Part shown: positions 29,135 to 38,537 of the stretch, one piece after another
How positions within the stretch are numbered: the first letter of the stretch is position 1
Layout: each line of letters begins with the position of its first letter
From: an uncultured Candidatus Binatia bacterium
GTDB taxonomy: Bacteria > Desulfobacterota > Binatia > UBA9968 > CAXXLF01
NCBI GenBank assembly: GCA_965218425.1
Contig: OZ244621.1
Location: forward strand, 4,352,001 to 4,416,000
Direction: 5' to 3'
Length of the DNA stretch: 64,000 nt
The notes under the pieces: model-generated
Database searches by the model: none
What the model was told of the DNA's origin: nothing
The model's input: the letters and a program-made list of their open reading frames with translations, nothing else
Position numbers and translations under genes: made by a program

Positions 29135-30190
29135 TTAGAACTTCAACGTCACTTCAACTCCTCGCCTCTGACACTCCCGGACAAAGGTTTCATGGATCTC
29201 CGGATCTTGTTCCTTATAATCCACCTGAGTCCCTCCCGCGGATTCAAGTTCCAGGGTTTTGGGTAACTCCTCCACTTTATAGGTAAATCCCCAGGGTTTA
29301 AGTGCAATGTACCGGGCCGGCTCCCCACCAATGTTAAAATGCTGGTGGAACCAGTCGCCTGGTGGCACAACCAGGGAACCCGGTTGCCAGTCAACTTTTG
29401 TTCTAGGTTTGCCCCCTTCCCACATGAGGGTGTATCCCTCGCCTGATAGTATGAGAATGTGCGCCCCCGGGCCATGGCGATGCGCCCTTGGATAGGCACC
29501 TACAGGGTACTCTTCAATGTGTGCGCTGATGGTGTTGGCAGATAAATGTAGCAATATTCCCCGGGCACCCGGGCCACGAGCCGAGTGGTCCTTCAGGCGA
29601 AAGCCCGCAATATCAGGAACAAAATTGGACTCCCATGTTCGATGGCCCGCAATATCTTTTCCCTGCCCATCGAAGTAACCTTCTGCGCCATTGAACCGAT
29701 CCGTAAAGCAAAACGGGTTGTTAAAAATGAAGTCAAGGTTGCGAAAGCGACTGATCATTTGTGGTGCGTCCGTCAGCGCGACGTAACGTGCCGGTTCATC
29801 CCCCTGCACATTGAAATGTTCGTGAAAACTATTGAGGGGCGGTGAAAATAGACTTCCCTCCTGCCACTCAAAGGTCTGCTTGGGGCCGCCCTCGTTCCAG
29901 ACCGATGTCGCCCCTCGACCCTTGAGGATGTATATCAGCTCTTCATACATGTGGCGTTGGGGTTTTGTCTGACCCTTGGGCGGAATCTCACAGACATAGG
30001 CATCGCATCTGGAGCCAGCCCCTAATAGATTGATGTATGCGCCCCACGCCCCTTTACGCTTCCACAATCCTAGAGGAAGCGTCTTCAAATTCTGTACGCT
30101 TAGACCTGTGACTACCGGAATCCCCTCTCCCTCCTGCCATATTTCGTAGGGAGTCTTTCCCGCATAGGCCGCCTCTTTGACAAGATCCAT
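29135..30190 (-). CDS. Bicupin protein (gentisate-dioxygenase-like fold)
   Basis: Two cupin motif sets: QRHMYEE...PLNSFHEHFN and AHRHGPG...PGDWFHQHFN. Confidence 0.85.
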   Translation of the reverse strand: MDLVKEAAYAGKTPYEIWQEGEGIPVVTGLSVQNLKTLPLGLWKRKGAWGAYINLLGAGSRCDAYVCEIPPKGQTKPQRHMYEELIYILKGRGATSVWNEGGPKQTFEWQEGSLFSPPLNSFHEHFNVQGDEPARYVALTDAPQMISRFRNLDFIFNNPFCFTDRFNGAEGYFDGQGKDIAGHRTWESNFVPDIAGFRLKDHSARGPGARGILLHLSANTISAHIEEYPVGAYPRAHRHGPGAHILILSGEGYTLMWEGGKPRTKVDWQPGSLVVPPGDWFHQHFNIGGEPARYIALKPWGFTYKVEELPKTLELESAGGTQVDYKEQDPEIHETFVRECQRRGVEVTLKF

Positions 30191-30402
30191 TTAGAGCTCC
30201 TGATGTCGATGTTAACCGCAAAACTATCTAAAAAGGTCAAGCCCTGTCAATGCAGACCCTGGCGGCAATTATATTTACCCGGTGCCTTTCCTTGCGTCTG
30301 GACAACACCGACGAAATAGCATAAAAGTTCCACAGGTGAATGACAAAGGGAGAGGCGTGAAAGTATGATGATGATCGCCATATTCAATGGAGGGACTAAA
30401 AA

Positions 30403-31467
30403 ATGAGCACAGCAGCACCCGCACGCGCGGCGGAATCCGTTATCGCCAAGGAGATCCTCGTTTCTGCGGACTCGCACATCACAGAGCCAAACGATTTGTG
30501 GGAAAAGGGATTACCCGCCTCCGTTAGGGACAAGGCGCCCAAATTCCCTCCCCGTAGTCAGTCCGTGGGGCAAAAGCCAGGGGGCTATGACTCCAAGGCA
30601 CGCCTCGAGGAGATGGCCGTGGATGGTGTCACCGCTGAGGTTCTTTATCCCACCCTGGGGCTTCGCCTTTACGCCATGGAGGATGCCGAGGCCCAAGAGG
30701 CGTGCTTTCGTGTTGGCAACGACTGGCTCATGGAATATTGCCAGGTGGCCCCGGAGCGTCTGGTAGGCATTCCCATGATCTCCATGTTTAACCTCGACAA
30801 CGCCATCAAAGAGCTGGAGCGTTGCAAACAAGGCGGGATGAAGGGCTGCCTCATCTGGCAGGTCCCGCCGGAGAATCTCTCGTTCGCCGGTGATTATTAC
30901 GAGCGTTTTTGGGAAGCAGCCCAAGACATGGATATGCCGGTGAACCTCCATATTCTCACGGGCTTTAATTACAGCCGTTTCCTGGGGACCCGAAAGGGTA
31001 TCGAGGCCTTCCGTGGCAGCGTCAACCTTAAACTAACAGACGCGGCCAATGCGCTGTTTGAAATTGTCTTTTCCGGCGTGCTGGAACGTTTTCCTCGTTT
31101 GAAGATCGTCCTGGTAGAAAATGAAATGGGCTGGATCCCCTTTTACCTCCATGAATGGGACAAGTACTACAAGCGTCACAGCCCTCGAAACCCGATATCT
31201 CTCACCAAGTTGCCTAGTGAGTACGTGAACAAACAGGTTTACGCGACCTTCTTTAGCGACCCCACCGGGGGACACTTGCTGGACTGGTGGGGCGCCGATA
31301 CCTGTATGTGGTCAAACGATTATCCCCACCCGGCTTCCACCTGGCCCAATTCGCGACAGGTCATTGCAGAAGAGCTAGGTCATTTGCCTCACAGTGTCCT
31401 GCGAAAGGTACTGCGGGAGAACGTGATACGCCTGTACAACCTCAAGATCCCTGGAGTCAATGCTTAA
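30403..31467 (+). CDS. Amidohydrolase_2 family protein
   Basis: SADSHITEP, EVLYPT, PVNLH, ERFPRLKIVLVE, MWSNDYPH. Confidence 0.9.
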   Translation: MSTAAPARAAESVIAKEILVSADSHITEPNDLWEKGLPASVRDKAPKFPPRSQSVGQKPGGYDSKARLEEMAVDGVTAEVLYPTLGLRLYAMEDAEAQEACFRVGNDWLMEYCQVAPERLVGIPMISMFNLDNAIKELERCKQGGMKGCLIWQVPPENLSFAGDYYERFWEAAQDMDMPVNLHILTGFNYSRFLGTRKGIEAFRGSVNLKLTDAANALFEIVFSGVLERFPRLKIVLVENEMGWIPFYLHEWDKYYKRHSPRNPISLTKLPSEYVNKQVYATFFSDPTGGHLLDWWGADTCMWSNDYPHPASTWPNSRQVIAEELGHLPHSVLRKVLRENVIRLYNLKIPGVNA

Positions 31468-31499
31468 GCAGATTAAATAGGACTTGAAAGGAGTGACGA

Positions 31500-31961
31500 A
31501 TGGCAAAGAAGATGCAGCCCGAAATCAAGCCCAAATCAGAAGTGTTCTCGCTCAAGACACCTTACCTTTCCTCCGGCCGTATCACGAAGCTGGTATCAAA
31601 AGCAGAAGGCCTTTGGATACATTCGAAGATTAACGCGGAGGGCGGAGAAAACGCCTTGCATTGCCACACCCAGGAAGACCACGCGTTCATCGTACTCGAA
31701 GGCGAGGGAACTTTTTTTGACGAAGACGGGAACGAGACAACCCTAAAGCCTTTCCAGGGAATCATGATACCCAGGGGAGCCTATTATCGATATTTGAATA
31801 CCGGTCAAGGAAATCTGATGGTGGTGCGCGTCGGCGGAGGGCCAAAGACCGATGCGGTGGCATCTCGTATCGACCCAAACGGAAAGCCCATTCTCACCGA
31901 ATCGGAAGAAAACAAGAAAATTGAAGGAGTTCCAATTCCGGGAAAATTCTTCGGCGAGTAA
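31500..31961 (+). CDS. Cupin domain protein
   Basis: GGENALHCHTQEDHAFIVLEGE, IPRGAYY; AGGAG RBS. Confidence 0.85.
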   Translation: MAKKMQPEIKPKSEVFSLKTPYLSSGRITKLVSKAEGLWIHSKINAEGGENALHCHTQEDHAFIVLEGEGTFFDEDGNETTLKPFQGIMIPRGAYYRYLNTGQGNLMVVRVGGGPKTDAVASRIDPNGKPILTESEENKKIEGVPIPGKFFGE

Positions 31962-31993
31962 CTCGTTGAAAAGAACAACCCAAAGAAATTTTA

Positions 31994-32220
31994 TCGCGCC
32001 AAGACGCCGAAAAATCAAAATCCGAAATTCCAAGCTCGAAATCTCAGACAATCCGAAATACCTAAATCTAGAAATCGAAACCCAAAACGAAAATGTATAT
32101 AGTTTTTATGATTTTTGAGCATTCGGATTGGTTTCGAGTTTCGTATTTGAATGTTATTGATACTTGGCATCCTTTGCTCAGCCCGAGGCTGATCCGTCCT
32201 CTGGCGGAGCCTTTGCGCGA
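31994..32220. repeat. Nested palindromic intergenic repeat (REP/MITE-like) with ~7-nt periodic arms
   Basis: Outer TCGCGCCAAG/CTTTGCGCGA pair; A-rich arm 32017-32097 (AAATCCG-like units) and T-rich complementary arm about 32110-32165. Similar to 42885-42985. Confidence 0.65.
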
Positions 32221-32263
32221 ATCGTTGTTTATCCGACTTCTCTAAACGCGTAGTCGAGTTCAA

Positions 32264-33274
32264 ATGCAGCTCCCACCCCTTGCAACCACCACCGTTGGTA
32301 GCTTTCCCTGCCCGAGTTGGCTCGCCACAGTGGTACGAGGCGAGTCCACCTTTCGATTTGAGGGCGATACCCTACGAGAATCAAAGGACGATGCTACCAT
32401 CATCGCCCTTCACGACCAGGAGGACGCAGGACTGGATCTGCTCACCGATGGAGAGCAACGGAGATCCAATTTCATCCATCATGTTATTAGTTGTTGGGAC
32501 GGGATTGATTTTGCAAAGTTTGGCCTAAAGCACGAGTATCGTCGCCGGGTCCAAGAACGCATGCTGCCCCGTGTTATGGGGAGAGTCACGCGCCGAAACC
32601 CCGCCGCATTAGACGACGTTCTCTTCGCAAAAGCGCATACGAGCTGGCCCATCAAGATGGCCGTGCCGGGTCCCATGACCGTCGTCGACAGTACGGTGGA
32701 TGAAGCCTATGGCGATGAGGAGGCTCTGGCAATCGATGTGGCTGCGGCCCTCAATGCAGAGCTTCTCGATTTACAGGCGGCGGGCTGCGACGTTTTGCAG
32801 ATCGATGAACCGGCTATGACCCGCTATCACAAAAAGGTGGCCGCCTATGGAGCCGAGGCACTTGATCGTTGCCTGGAAGGAATAAGTGTCCCGACCATCG
32901 TTCATCTGTGCTACGGTTACCCCGGAGGGCAGAGTTTACAACACCATTTCGAATACCCCGAGTTGCTGAAATTGCTTTTGCAAACGCGAATCGGAGGTTT
33001 CGCCGTAGAGTTTGGCAGAAGCAGCTTTGACCCAGCCGTACTAGGGGTTTGCAAAGACCGTATCGTGATGTTCGGATGTGTGGACCCGGGAGACACACCG
33101 GTACCGCCCGTGCGTCAGGTGGTGAATCGGGTGCAGGGAGCATTAAAGCACCTGGACGCAGCAAAGGTGTGGCTCGCCCCGGATTGCGGCCTGATGACCA
33201 CTAGCCGTGAAATTGCCCGTGCTAAGGCCCGATTACTGGTGGGAGTTGCGCGGGAGATACGAGGGGCTCTCTGA
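32264..33274 (+). CDS. Cobalamin-independent methionine synthase II family protein (single barrel)
   Basis: TTTVGSFP, TDGEQRR, PGPMT, LQIDEP, HLCYG, PDCG (Zn ligands). Confidence 0.88.
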   Translation: MQLPPLATTTVGSFPCPSWLATVVRGESTFRFEGDTLRESKDDATIIALHDQEDAGLDLLTDGEQRRSNFIHHVISCWDGIDFAKFGLKHEYRRRVQERMLPRVMGRVTRRNPAALDDVLFAKAHTSWPIKMAVPGPMTVVDSTVDEAYGDEEALAIDVAAALNAELLDLQAAGCDVLQIDEPAMTRYHKKVAAYGAEALDRCLEGISVPTIVHLCYGYPGGQSLQHHFEYPELLKLLLQTRIGGFAVEFGRSSFDPAVLGVCKDRIVMFGCVDPGDTPVPPVRQVVNRVQGALKHLDAAKVWLAPDCGLMTTSREIARAKARLLVGVAREIRGAL

Positions 33275-33340
33275 GAAACTATCCTCTTATCGACTCAGGC
33301 CTTCAAATAAATAAGGAGGCGACCTTGACCTAAGCCGATA

Positions 33341-34150
33341 TCAATTTTCCGCGACGTCGATGAGCACCCCGTCTAAATCAGCAAGATGGAACTTCCCCAA
33401 CTTACATTGAGAGAAGAGGTTCTTTCTCGCCTCTCCCTCTGGTCCTAACGCCAAGGGACCGGGAATCAGGAAATGATTCCTTGACTGCACCTCAGCCATA
33501 TCGGCCTTAAATGCCTCAATGCTTTCCACCTTGAAACCGATATGATCCAAAGCGGGTCGTTCAATCCCCATGCCCTTGAAGTCGTTTATCTTCCAAGGGC
33601 ACACCACCAAAGTCACCCTCCCATCCGTGAGGTAAGAGTTGGGATCATCCGCGGGTTTTTCCATCTCCAGAAGGTCAAATACCTCGCGATAAAAACGGGC
33701 CAAGCTTGTAGGTTCGACTGCGCGGAGTGCGAAATGCTTGATATAGCGCTTCTCATTAACGGGGCCACTATCCTCATAAACATCTTGTCTGTTCTCCATA
33801 CCTCGCTGGGAAAGGTCGAATACGTTTCCTGCTGGGTCATGGGTGCTGAGACCGGCAAAGGGCCTATTGCCGGGCCTCTTTACCACCTCGATGGCGGGGT
33901 ACATTTCCCGCAACCGCGCAAACACGACCTCAACATCTTCAACCTCAAACCCAAAATGGTCGAAACCTGCTTGACGCCCTGGGCGTCTACCATTGATGTT
34001 CAATCCCACATAACCATTGCCCACAGCGACCGCACTGACTTCGCGTCTTTGTTTTTCGTGAACCTTCATACCAAACATGGCCTGATAAAATCTTGCCTGC
34101 ATTGAATAGTTCTCACTGACGACGGCCAGGTGCTTAATTTTGGCAAACAT
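33341..34150 (-). CDS. Two-domain VOC (glyoxalase/extradiol dioxygenase fold) protein
   Basis: KIKHLA, DHFGFEVED, HDPAGNVFDL, DHIGFKVES. Confidence 0.87.
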   Translation of the reverse strand: MFAKIKHLAVVSENYSMQARFYQAMFGMKVHEKQRREVSAVAVGNGYVGLNINGRRPGRQAGFDHFGFEVEDVEVVFARLREMYPAIEVVKRPGNRPFAGLSTHDPAGNVFDLSQRGMENRQDVYEDSGPVNEKRYIKHFALRAVEPTSLARFYREVFDLLEMEKPADDPNSYLTDGRVTLVVCPWKINDFKGMGIERPALDHIGFKVESIEAFKADMAEVQSRNHFLIPGPLALGPEGEARKNLFSQCKLGKFHLADLDGVLIDVAEN

Positions 34151-34295
34151 AGAAATCCTCCTTCATTTGTGAGGGTTGATATTAGGCCCGTCCACCATCC
34201 ATCGCTCTGCTTCGCACGTTATTAGGTAAGCCCAACTCTGTCAATTCATAAGGAAGCAGCCGGGTAGACCTGCTAAATATTTTCATTCATTTTTC

Positions 34296-35396
34296 TCAGT
34301 GGATGAGGTGGTTGAGCCAAACGTGACGCCCTGGGTCGAGAGTTTTGTCTCTGAATCCGGAAAAATTGGGTCCGTAACGATAGGTCCGAAAGACTTGATT
34401 CACTCGGCCATTCTCCCCGTCAATAAAAAAGGGGCTTACGAACTCCCATACCACTTCCCTTTCCCGAGTAACCTCGAATAGACGTCCCTTCACCCCCTCG
34501 CAGATCAGAGTATTTCCGTTGGGTAATCGCTGTGCTCCGCTAACATGGCCGCTAAAGAAGTCCCATTGAGGACGAGCCTCGTAGCTCCACTCGATCTGAT
34601 TGGTTGTGGGATTGACCTCTACGATCCTGGATCCAGGAGAGTTGCCATAACGAGTAGAATGAAATCCATTGTCAAAGATCAACACGTTTCCATTATCGAG
34701 TAAAGAGGGATCGTGCTGATGGGCGAGCTCTCCTTTTCCCCACTTCCAGCGAAACCTTCCACTCCGTTTTTCAATAATCGCAACTGTGCTGATGACTCGA
34801 AAACTGGTCAAAATATCTCCGTCGGGGAGCACCTTGCAGGCGTTGGCATGGGTCCATTCCCGCCGCCCGCCGAGGGGGCAGATGACATCCTCCTCCGGAT
34901 CAAGGTGCTCGTGGCCGTGCCACTCCCAAACTGTTTTTCCATCAGGAGTAATCTCCCTGAAATAATCGGACCAGATGCCCTGGGGGTGCTCCGTGCCAGG
35001 AATACCTCCCTTGACCCGTTTTACCATGTCAGAAGGGATAAGCTCCCAACCCAATACCATGGTATTGCCGTTTGGCATACGACAAAAATCGTGGTGGAGA
35101 GTGGGTTCTTCATAGGACCAAACGACCTCACCTTCCCAGTTCATCTCCATAATCACGCCGCCGTTGCCACCGAATTGTACTGGACCCTTCTCCGTCCTAC
35201 CGGCCACGAGTAGACAACCATTTTCCAGTAGATAGCCATAGTCAGCCGGTAGGTATGGCAGATCCCAATGGTGAACCACGTTTCCGAGCATATCAATCAG
35301 ATAAACGTCGCGACCGCGCTGTGGAGCAAACAACGTGTAGCCATCGTAGGCTTGTCCGCGCTTATACCAGGTGAGACCTAACTTTTGCCCTGCCAT
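34296..35396 (-). CDS. Arylsulfotransferase (ASST)-family beta-propeller protein, no signal peptide
   Basis: GYTLF, HHDF, WTHAN, HQHD, IFDNG, SGAQRLPNGNTLICEG. Confidence 0.87.
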   Translation of the reverse strand: MAGQKLGLTWYKRGQAYDGYTLFAPQRGRDVYLIDMLGNVVHHWDLPYLPADYGYLLENGCLLVAGRTEKGPVQFGGNGGVIMEMNWEGEVVWSYEEPTLHHDFCRMPNGNTMVLGWELIPSDMVKRVKGGIPGTEHPQGIWSDYFREITPDGKTVWEWHGHEHLDPEEDVICPLGGRREWTHANACKVLPDGDILTSFRVISTVAIIEKRSGRFRWKWGKGELAHQHDPSLLDNGNVLIFDNGFHSTRYGNSPGSRIVEVNPTTNQIEWSYEARPQWDFFSGHVSGAQRLPNGNTLICEGVKGRLFEVTREREVVWEFVSPFFIDGENGRVNQVFRTYRYGPNFSGFRDKTLDPGRHVWLNHLIH

Positions 35397-35590
35397 AAAA
35401 CCACCTCAATATTTGTTTTCTCCCGCTTACTACCTAATGTTAGGGCAATTGTCCAACTCTTAATGAAATGATTGTTTCTGTTTTCGTTTTCCTATATACC
35501 GAGGTCGAAGCATCAAGGGGCTTCGCTCGGTATGACTGCTGGGAAGGTTAGAGTATGTTAATTTTGAGGTCTATCTTTTAAGGAGGTGAC

Positions 35591-36421
35591 ATGATGAAAG
35601 CAATGTTCAAGCACCTTGCTACTATGACTGAGAACCCCCCGCGTTTAGCCAAGTTCTACGAAGCAGCCTTCGGGATGAAGGGGGGCAAATCCGGCCCAGA
35701 GCCTGATGATCCCTCTCGGCAAGGGAGACCAAGAGCCAGGACAGTGAGTGATGGATACGTAGGATTCAACTTCAATCCCAGAAGTCCCGGGCGACCAGCA
35801 GCACTGGATCATTTCGGTATCGAGGTGGAGGATGCAAAAGCTGTCTGCAATCGTATCCGGGACAAATATCCCAAGATCAAGATCCTCAAGAGACCTTCCA
35901 ATCGTCCCTTTGCCGCCATAGGAACCCATGATCCCGCAGGAAATATTTTCGACCTCTCGCAGAGGGACATGACAAACAGGCGAGGCATTTACGCCATTGA
36001 CGGTTGGTCCGCCCAGCGCTACGTGGATCACTTCGTATTGCGCGTTCTTGATCCGCCGACCATTGCTGAGTTCTATCAGGAAATCTTTGAATTGGAGGAT
36101 GAGGAAAAAGCTTTGGAGGATCCAAACTTTTACCTAACCGATGGCAGGGTAACCATGGTGATTGCTCCTTGGGATATCACGAACTTCGAAGGGACAGGGA
36201 TCGAAAGACCCAGCATGGACCACGTAGGCTTCAAAGTAGAGAGCATCAATGCTGTGAAAAAGGATCTCGAAAAGCTAGAGAAATCTGATCCAGCTGGCGC
36301 TGCAAAACCAATAGGGGTGGGGCCGGAAGGAGAGGCAAGAGTAGCCCTGCTGGCAACTTGCCGTTATGGGAAGTTTCACCTGTCCGACCCCGACTGTGTA
36401 TTCATCGACGTTCATGAGTAG
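35591..36421 (+). CDS. Two-domain VOC protein (paralog of 33341-34150)
   Basis: Shares KRP.NRPFA, HDPAGN.FDLSQR, DPN.YLTDGRVT and GPEGEAR with the paralog. Confidence 0.87.
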   Translation: MMKAMFKHLATMTENPPRLAKFYEAAFGMKGGKSGPEPDDPSRQGRPRARTVSDGYVGFNFNPRSPGRPAALDHFGIEVEDAKAVCNRIRDKYPKIKILKRPSNRPFAAIGTHDPAGNIFDLSQRDMTNRRGIYAIDGWSAQRYVDHFVLRVLDPPTIAEFYQEIFELEDEEKALEDPNFYLTDGRVTMVIAPWDITNFEGTGIERPSMDHVGFKVESINAVKKDLEKLEKSDPAGAAKPIGVGPEGEARVALLATCRYGKFHLSDPDCVFIDVHE

Positions 36422-36611
36422 ACGATTGATGCTTGGAAGCCGGGGATAAGGCATCCATATGATCCAATAGTTCTCTGAATCAGAAAAAGGTGGCGGTCAT
36501 GGTGGAGCTTTTGAACTACGAAAAGCGACAACCACTTATGGCTACAGCTCTGCCTTAGCAAACCCTGATTCGAGCTGCTCACTCTAACGTTTCCACGAAA
36601 GGACAAAGGCT

Positions 36612-37772
36612 ATGGTAAAGAACTCCAAGAAACCCGTGGTTTCTTTAGGCTTCCTGGCTTTTTTGCTCATACTCCCGCAAATTGGGTTTGTCGCTCCAAT
36701 TCCGAATTCAACGTTGGAATTGCTGGAGCGATTCAAGCTTGACCGTTCCGTTCTGGACGGGATTGATCAGGAGCTCAAACTACCGGAAGATTGGATCCTG
36801 CAGGCGAAAAAAGAGGGCAAACTAAAGGTGCGTGGTAGTCCAGCGACCCCCAAGGAACTAAAGAACCTCTTAGGTTCTTTTAAAGATCGGTACCCGTTTA
36901 TTAAAGTGGATTATTTTGGAGCCAATCGACAAGGTCGGACGATAAAGACTCTCATGGCGTATCGAAGCGGTAGACTGCTCGCGGACATGGTGATGTCCGT
37001 TGGAACTTTTGCGAACGAATTCAACAAGATCAGGGGAGTCGAGAACTTGCTTGGTCTTCCCACCCTAAAAAATGTCCCAGAGGGGATGAAAGACGAAAAT
37101 GGCAATTGGGTCGGCGTAAATCGGAACTACTGGTGCATGTCGTATAACACTGCATTGGTCGACAAACAGGATCTACCCAAGAAATGGGAAGACATTCTAA
37201 CCAACCAAAAGTGGCGTGGTGGGAATCTGGCACTGGGAAACCGCCCCAATTTATGGGCGGTGAACCTGTGGCTCGCAAACGGAGAGGATTGGACCAAAAA
37301 ATTCCTGACCCGCCTATTTACGGAGGTCAAGCCACAGCTACGCAAAGAAGGGATGAATGCGCTGCCTCAACTCCTCGCGGCGGGTGAGTTCCATGCTGCC
37401 ATCCCGTCAAACTACAAGCGACCTTATCAAATTGCTTTGGCAGGCGGCCCTGTCAGCTTCACCTGTCCTGAGCCTGTCCCCGCTTCTCCTGGAGATCAAA
37501 CGATCATCCTGAAAGGGGCACCCAATGTACATGCTGCTAAAATCTTTTTGAACTGGCTAATGAGTAAAGAAGGTCAGATTGCCCAATACGCACACGAGTA
37601 TGCCGCTCCGCTTGATGATATTCTCGGCCCAAAACTTCTTCCCTATGCGGATCAAATTTTAGGAAAGAAGGCGAGCTTCAGGAATCCCAATCTTGACAAG
37701 GACGTTATGCCAAAGCTGTTCGAGTTTTGGAACGCGCTTTGGCTTAAAGGCGGCGGAACACCGCGTAGATAG
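36612..37772 (+). CDS. ABC-type extracellular solute-binding protein (Fe3+/thiamine/polyamine-type), orphan
   Basis: Signal peptide; AKKEGKL, YNTALV..LPKKWED, APNVHAAKIFLNWLMSKEGQ. Confidence 0.85.
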   Translation: MVKNSKKPVVSLGFLAFLLILPQIGFVAPIPNSTLELLERFKLDRSVLDGIDQELKLPEDWILQAKKEGKLKVRGSPATPKELKNLLGSFKDRYPFIKVDYFGANRQGRTIKTLMAYRSGRLLADMVMSVGTFANEFNKIRGVENLLGLPTLKNVPEGMKDENGNWVGVNRNYWCMSYNTALVDKQDLPKKWEDILTNQKWRGGNLALGNRPNLWAVNLWLANGEDWTKKFLTRLFTEVKPQLRKEGMNALPQLLAAGEFHAAIPSNYKRPYQIALAGGPVSFTCPEPVPASPGDQTIILKGAPNVHAAKIFLNWLMSKEGQIAQYAHEYAAPLDDILGPKLLPYADQILGKKASFRNPNLDKDVMPKLFEFWNALWLKGGGTPRR

Positions 37773-37870
37773 GTCAAAACAATTTCGATTACAGAAAAGA
37801 GGTCATCGTCCCTTCGACCCTCATTGACGTATTGCCGTCAAAGGCAATTGGGGCTCCGGATGTCCGTAGA

Positions 37871-38302
37871 ATGAAAATCCTGTTCGTCTGTCGCGCCAAT
37901 GCGGGGAGGAGCCAGGTGGCTGAAGCCTTATTCAACAAGATTTCCCAGCACAGTTCAGAAAGTGCCGGAACTCAGGTGGAGGCGCTGTTGGCACAAGAAA
38001 AGCCGTCCACTAGAACCGTCAATCACGCCACCGCAGGCCAGCCCGTAATCGACTACATGAGAGGCGAAGGAATCGACGTGTCTGACAACACGCGTAGCCA
38101 ATTGACCCCTAAGATGGTTGACGAGGTGGACCGAGTCGTCGTCATCACATCGAAAGAGAGCTGGCCAAAATATCTGCTAGAAAGCGAAAAGGTCGTCTTC
38201 TGGGACATTCCCAACGCCGTGGCGATGACCCCTGAGGCCGCAAGTTTGATATACGACCAGGTCAAAGAACATGTTAAAGAATTTGTGGATGAAATTGGGT
38301 GA
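37871..38302 (+). CDS. Low-molecular-weight phosphatase / ArsC-fold protein
   Basis: MKILFVCRANAGRSQVAE P-loop, SAGT, GIDVS. Confidence 0.85.
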   Translation: MKILFVCRANAGRSQVAEALFNKISQHSSESAGTQVEALLAQEKPSTRTVNHATAGQPVIDYMRGEGIDVSDNTRSQLTPKMVDEVDRVVVITSKESWPKYLLESEKVVFWDIPNAVAMTPEAASLIYDQVKEHVKEFVDEIG

Positions 38303-38348
38303 GTCGGAAGAAATCCAAGCGACACGGAAGAAATAGGAATTGCTATCC

Positions 38349-38537
38349 GTGAATCAAACGAAAAGACTGCTTATACTTTTTCTCTTTGTCGCGTTCACGG
38401 TCTCAGGTTGCTCAACCCTGAGAAGCAGAGCAGGACAGGCAAGAACCAAAAACAAAAGTCGCGATCGGCTCTGTTATTCCGCTTGCATGATGCAACTCAA
38501 CGCAACCGCATTCATGTGTGATCGCACCTGCGGGTAA
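38349..38537 (+). CDS. Small putative lipoprotein with a Cys-rich C-terminus
   Basis: GTG start, hydrophobic core, lipobox-like VSGC, and CYSAC..CDRTC. Confidence 0.5.
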   Translation: MNQTKRLLILFLFVAFTVSGCSTLRSRAGQARTKNKSRDRLCYSACMMQLNATAFMCDRTCG

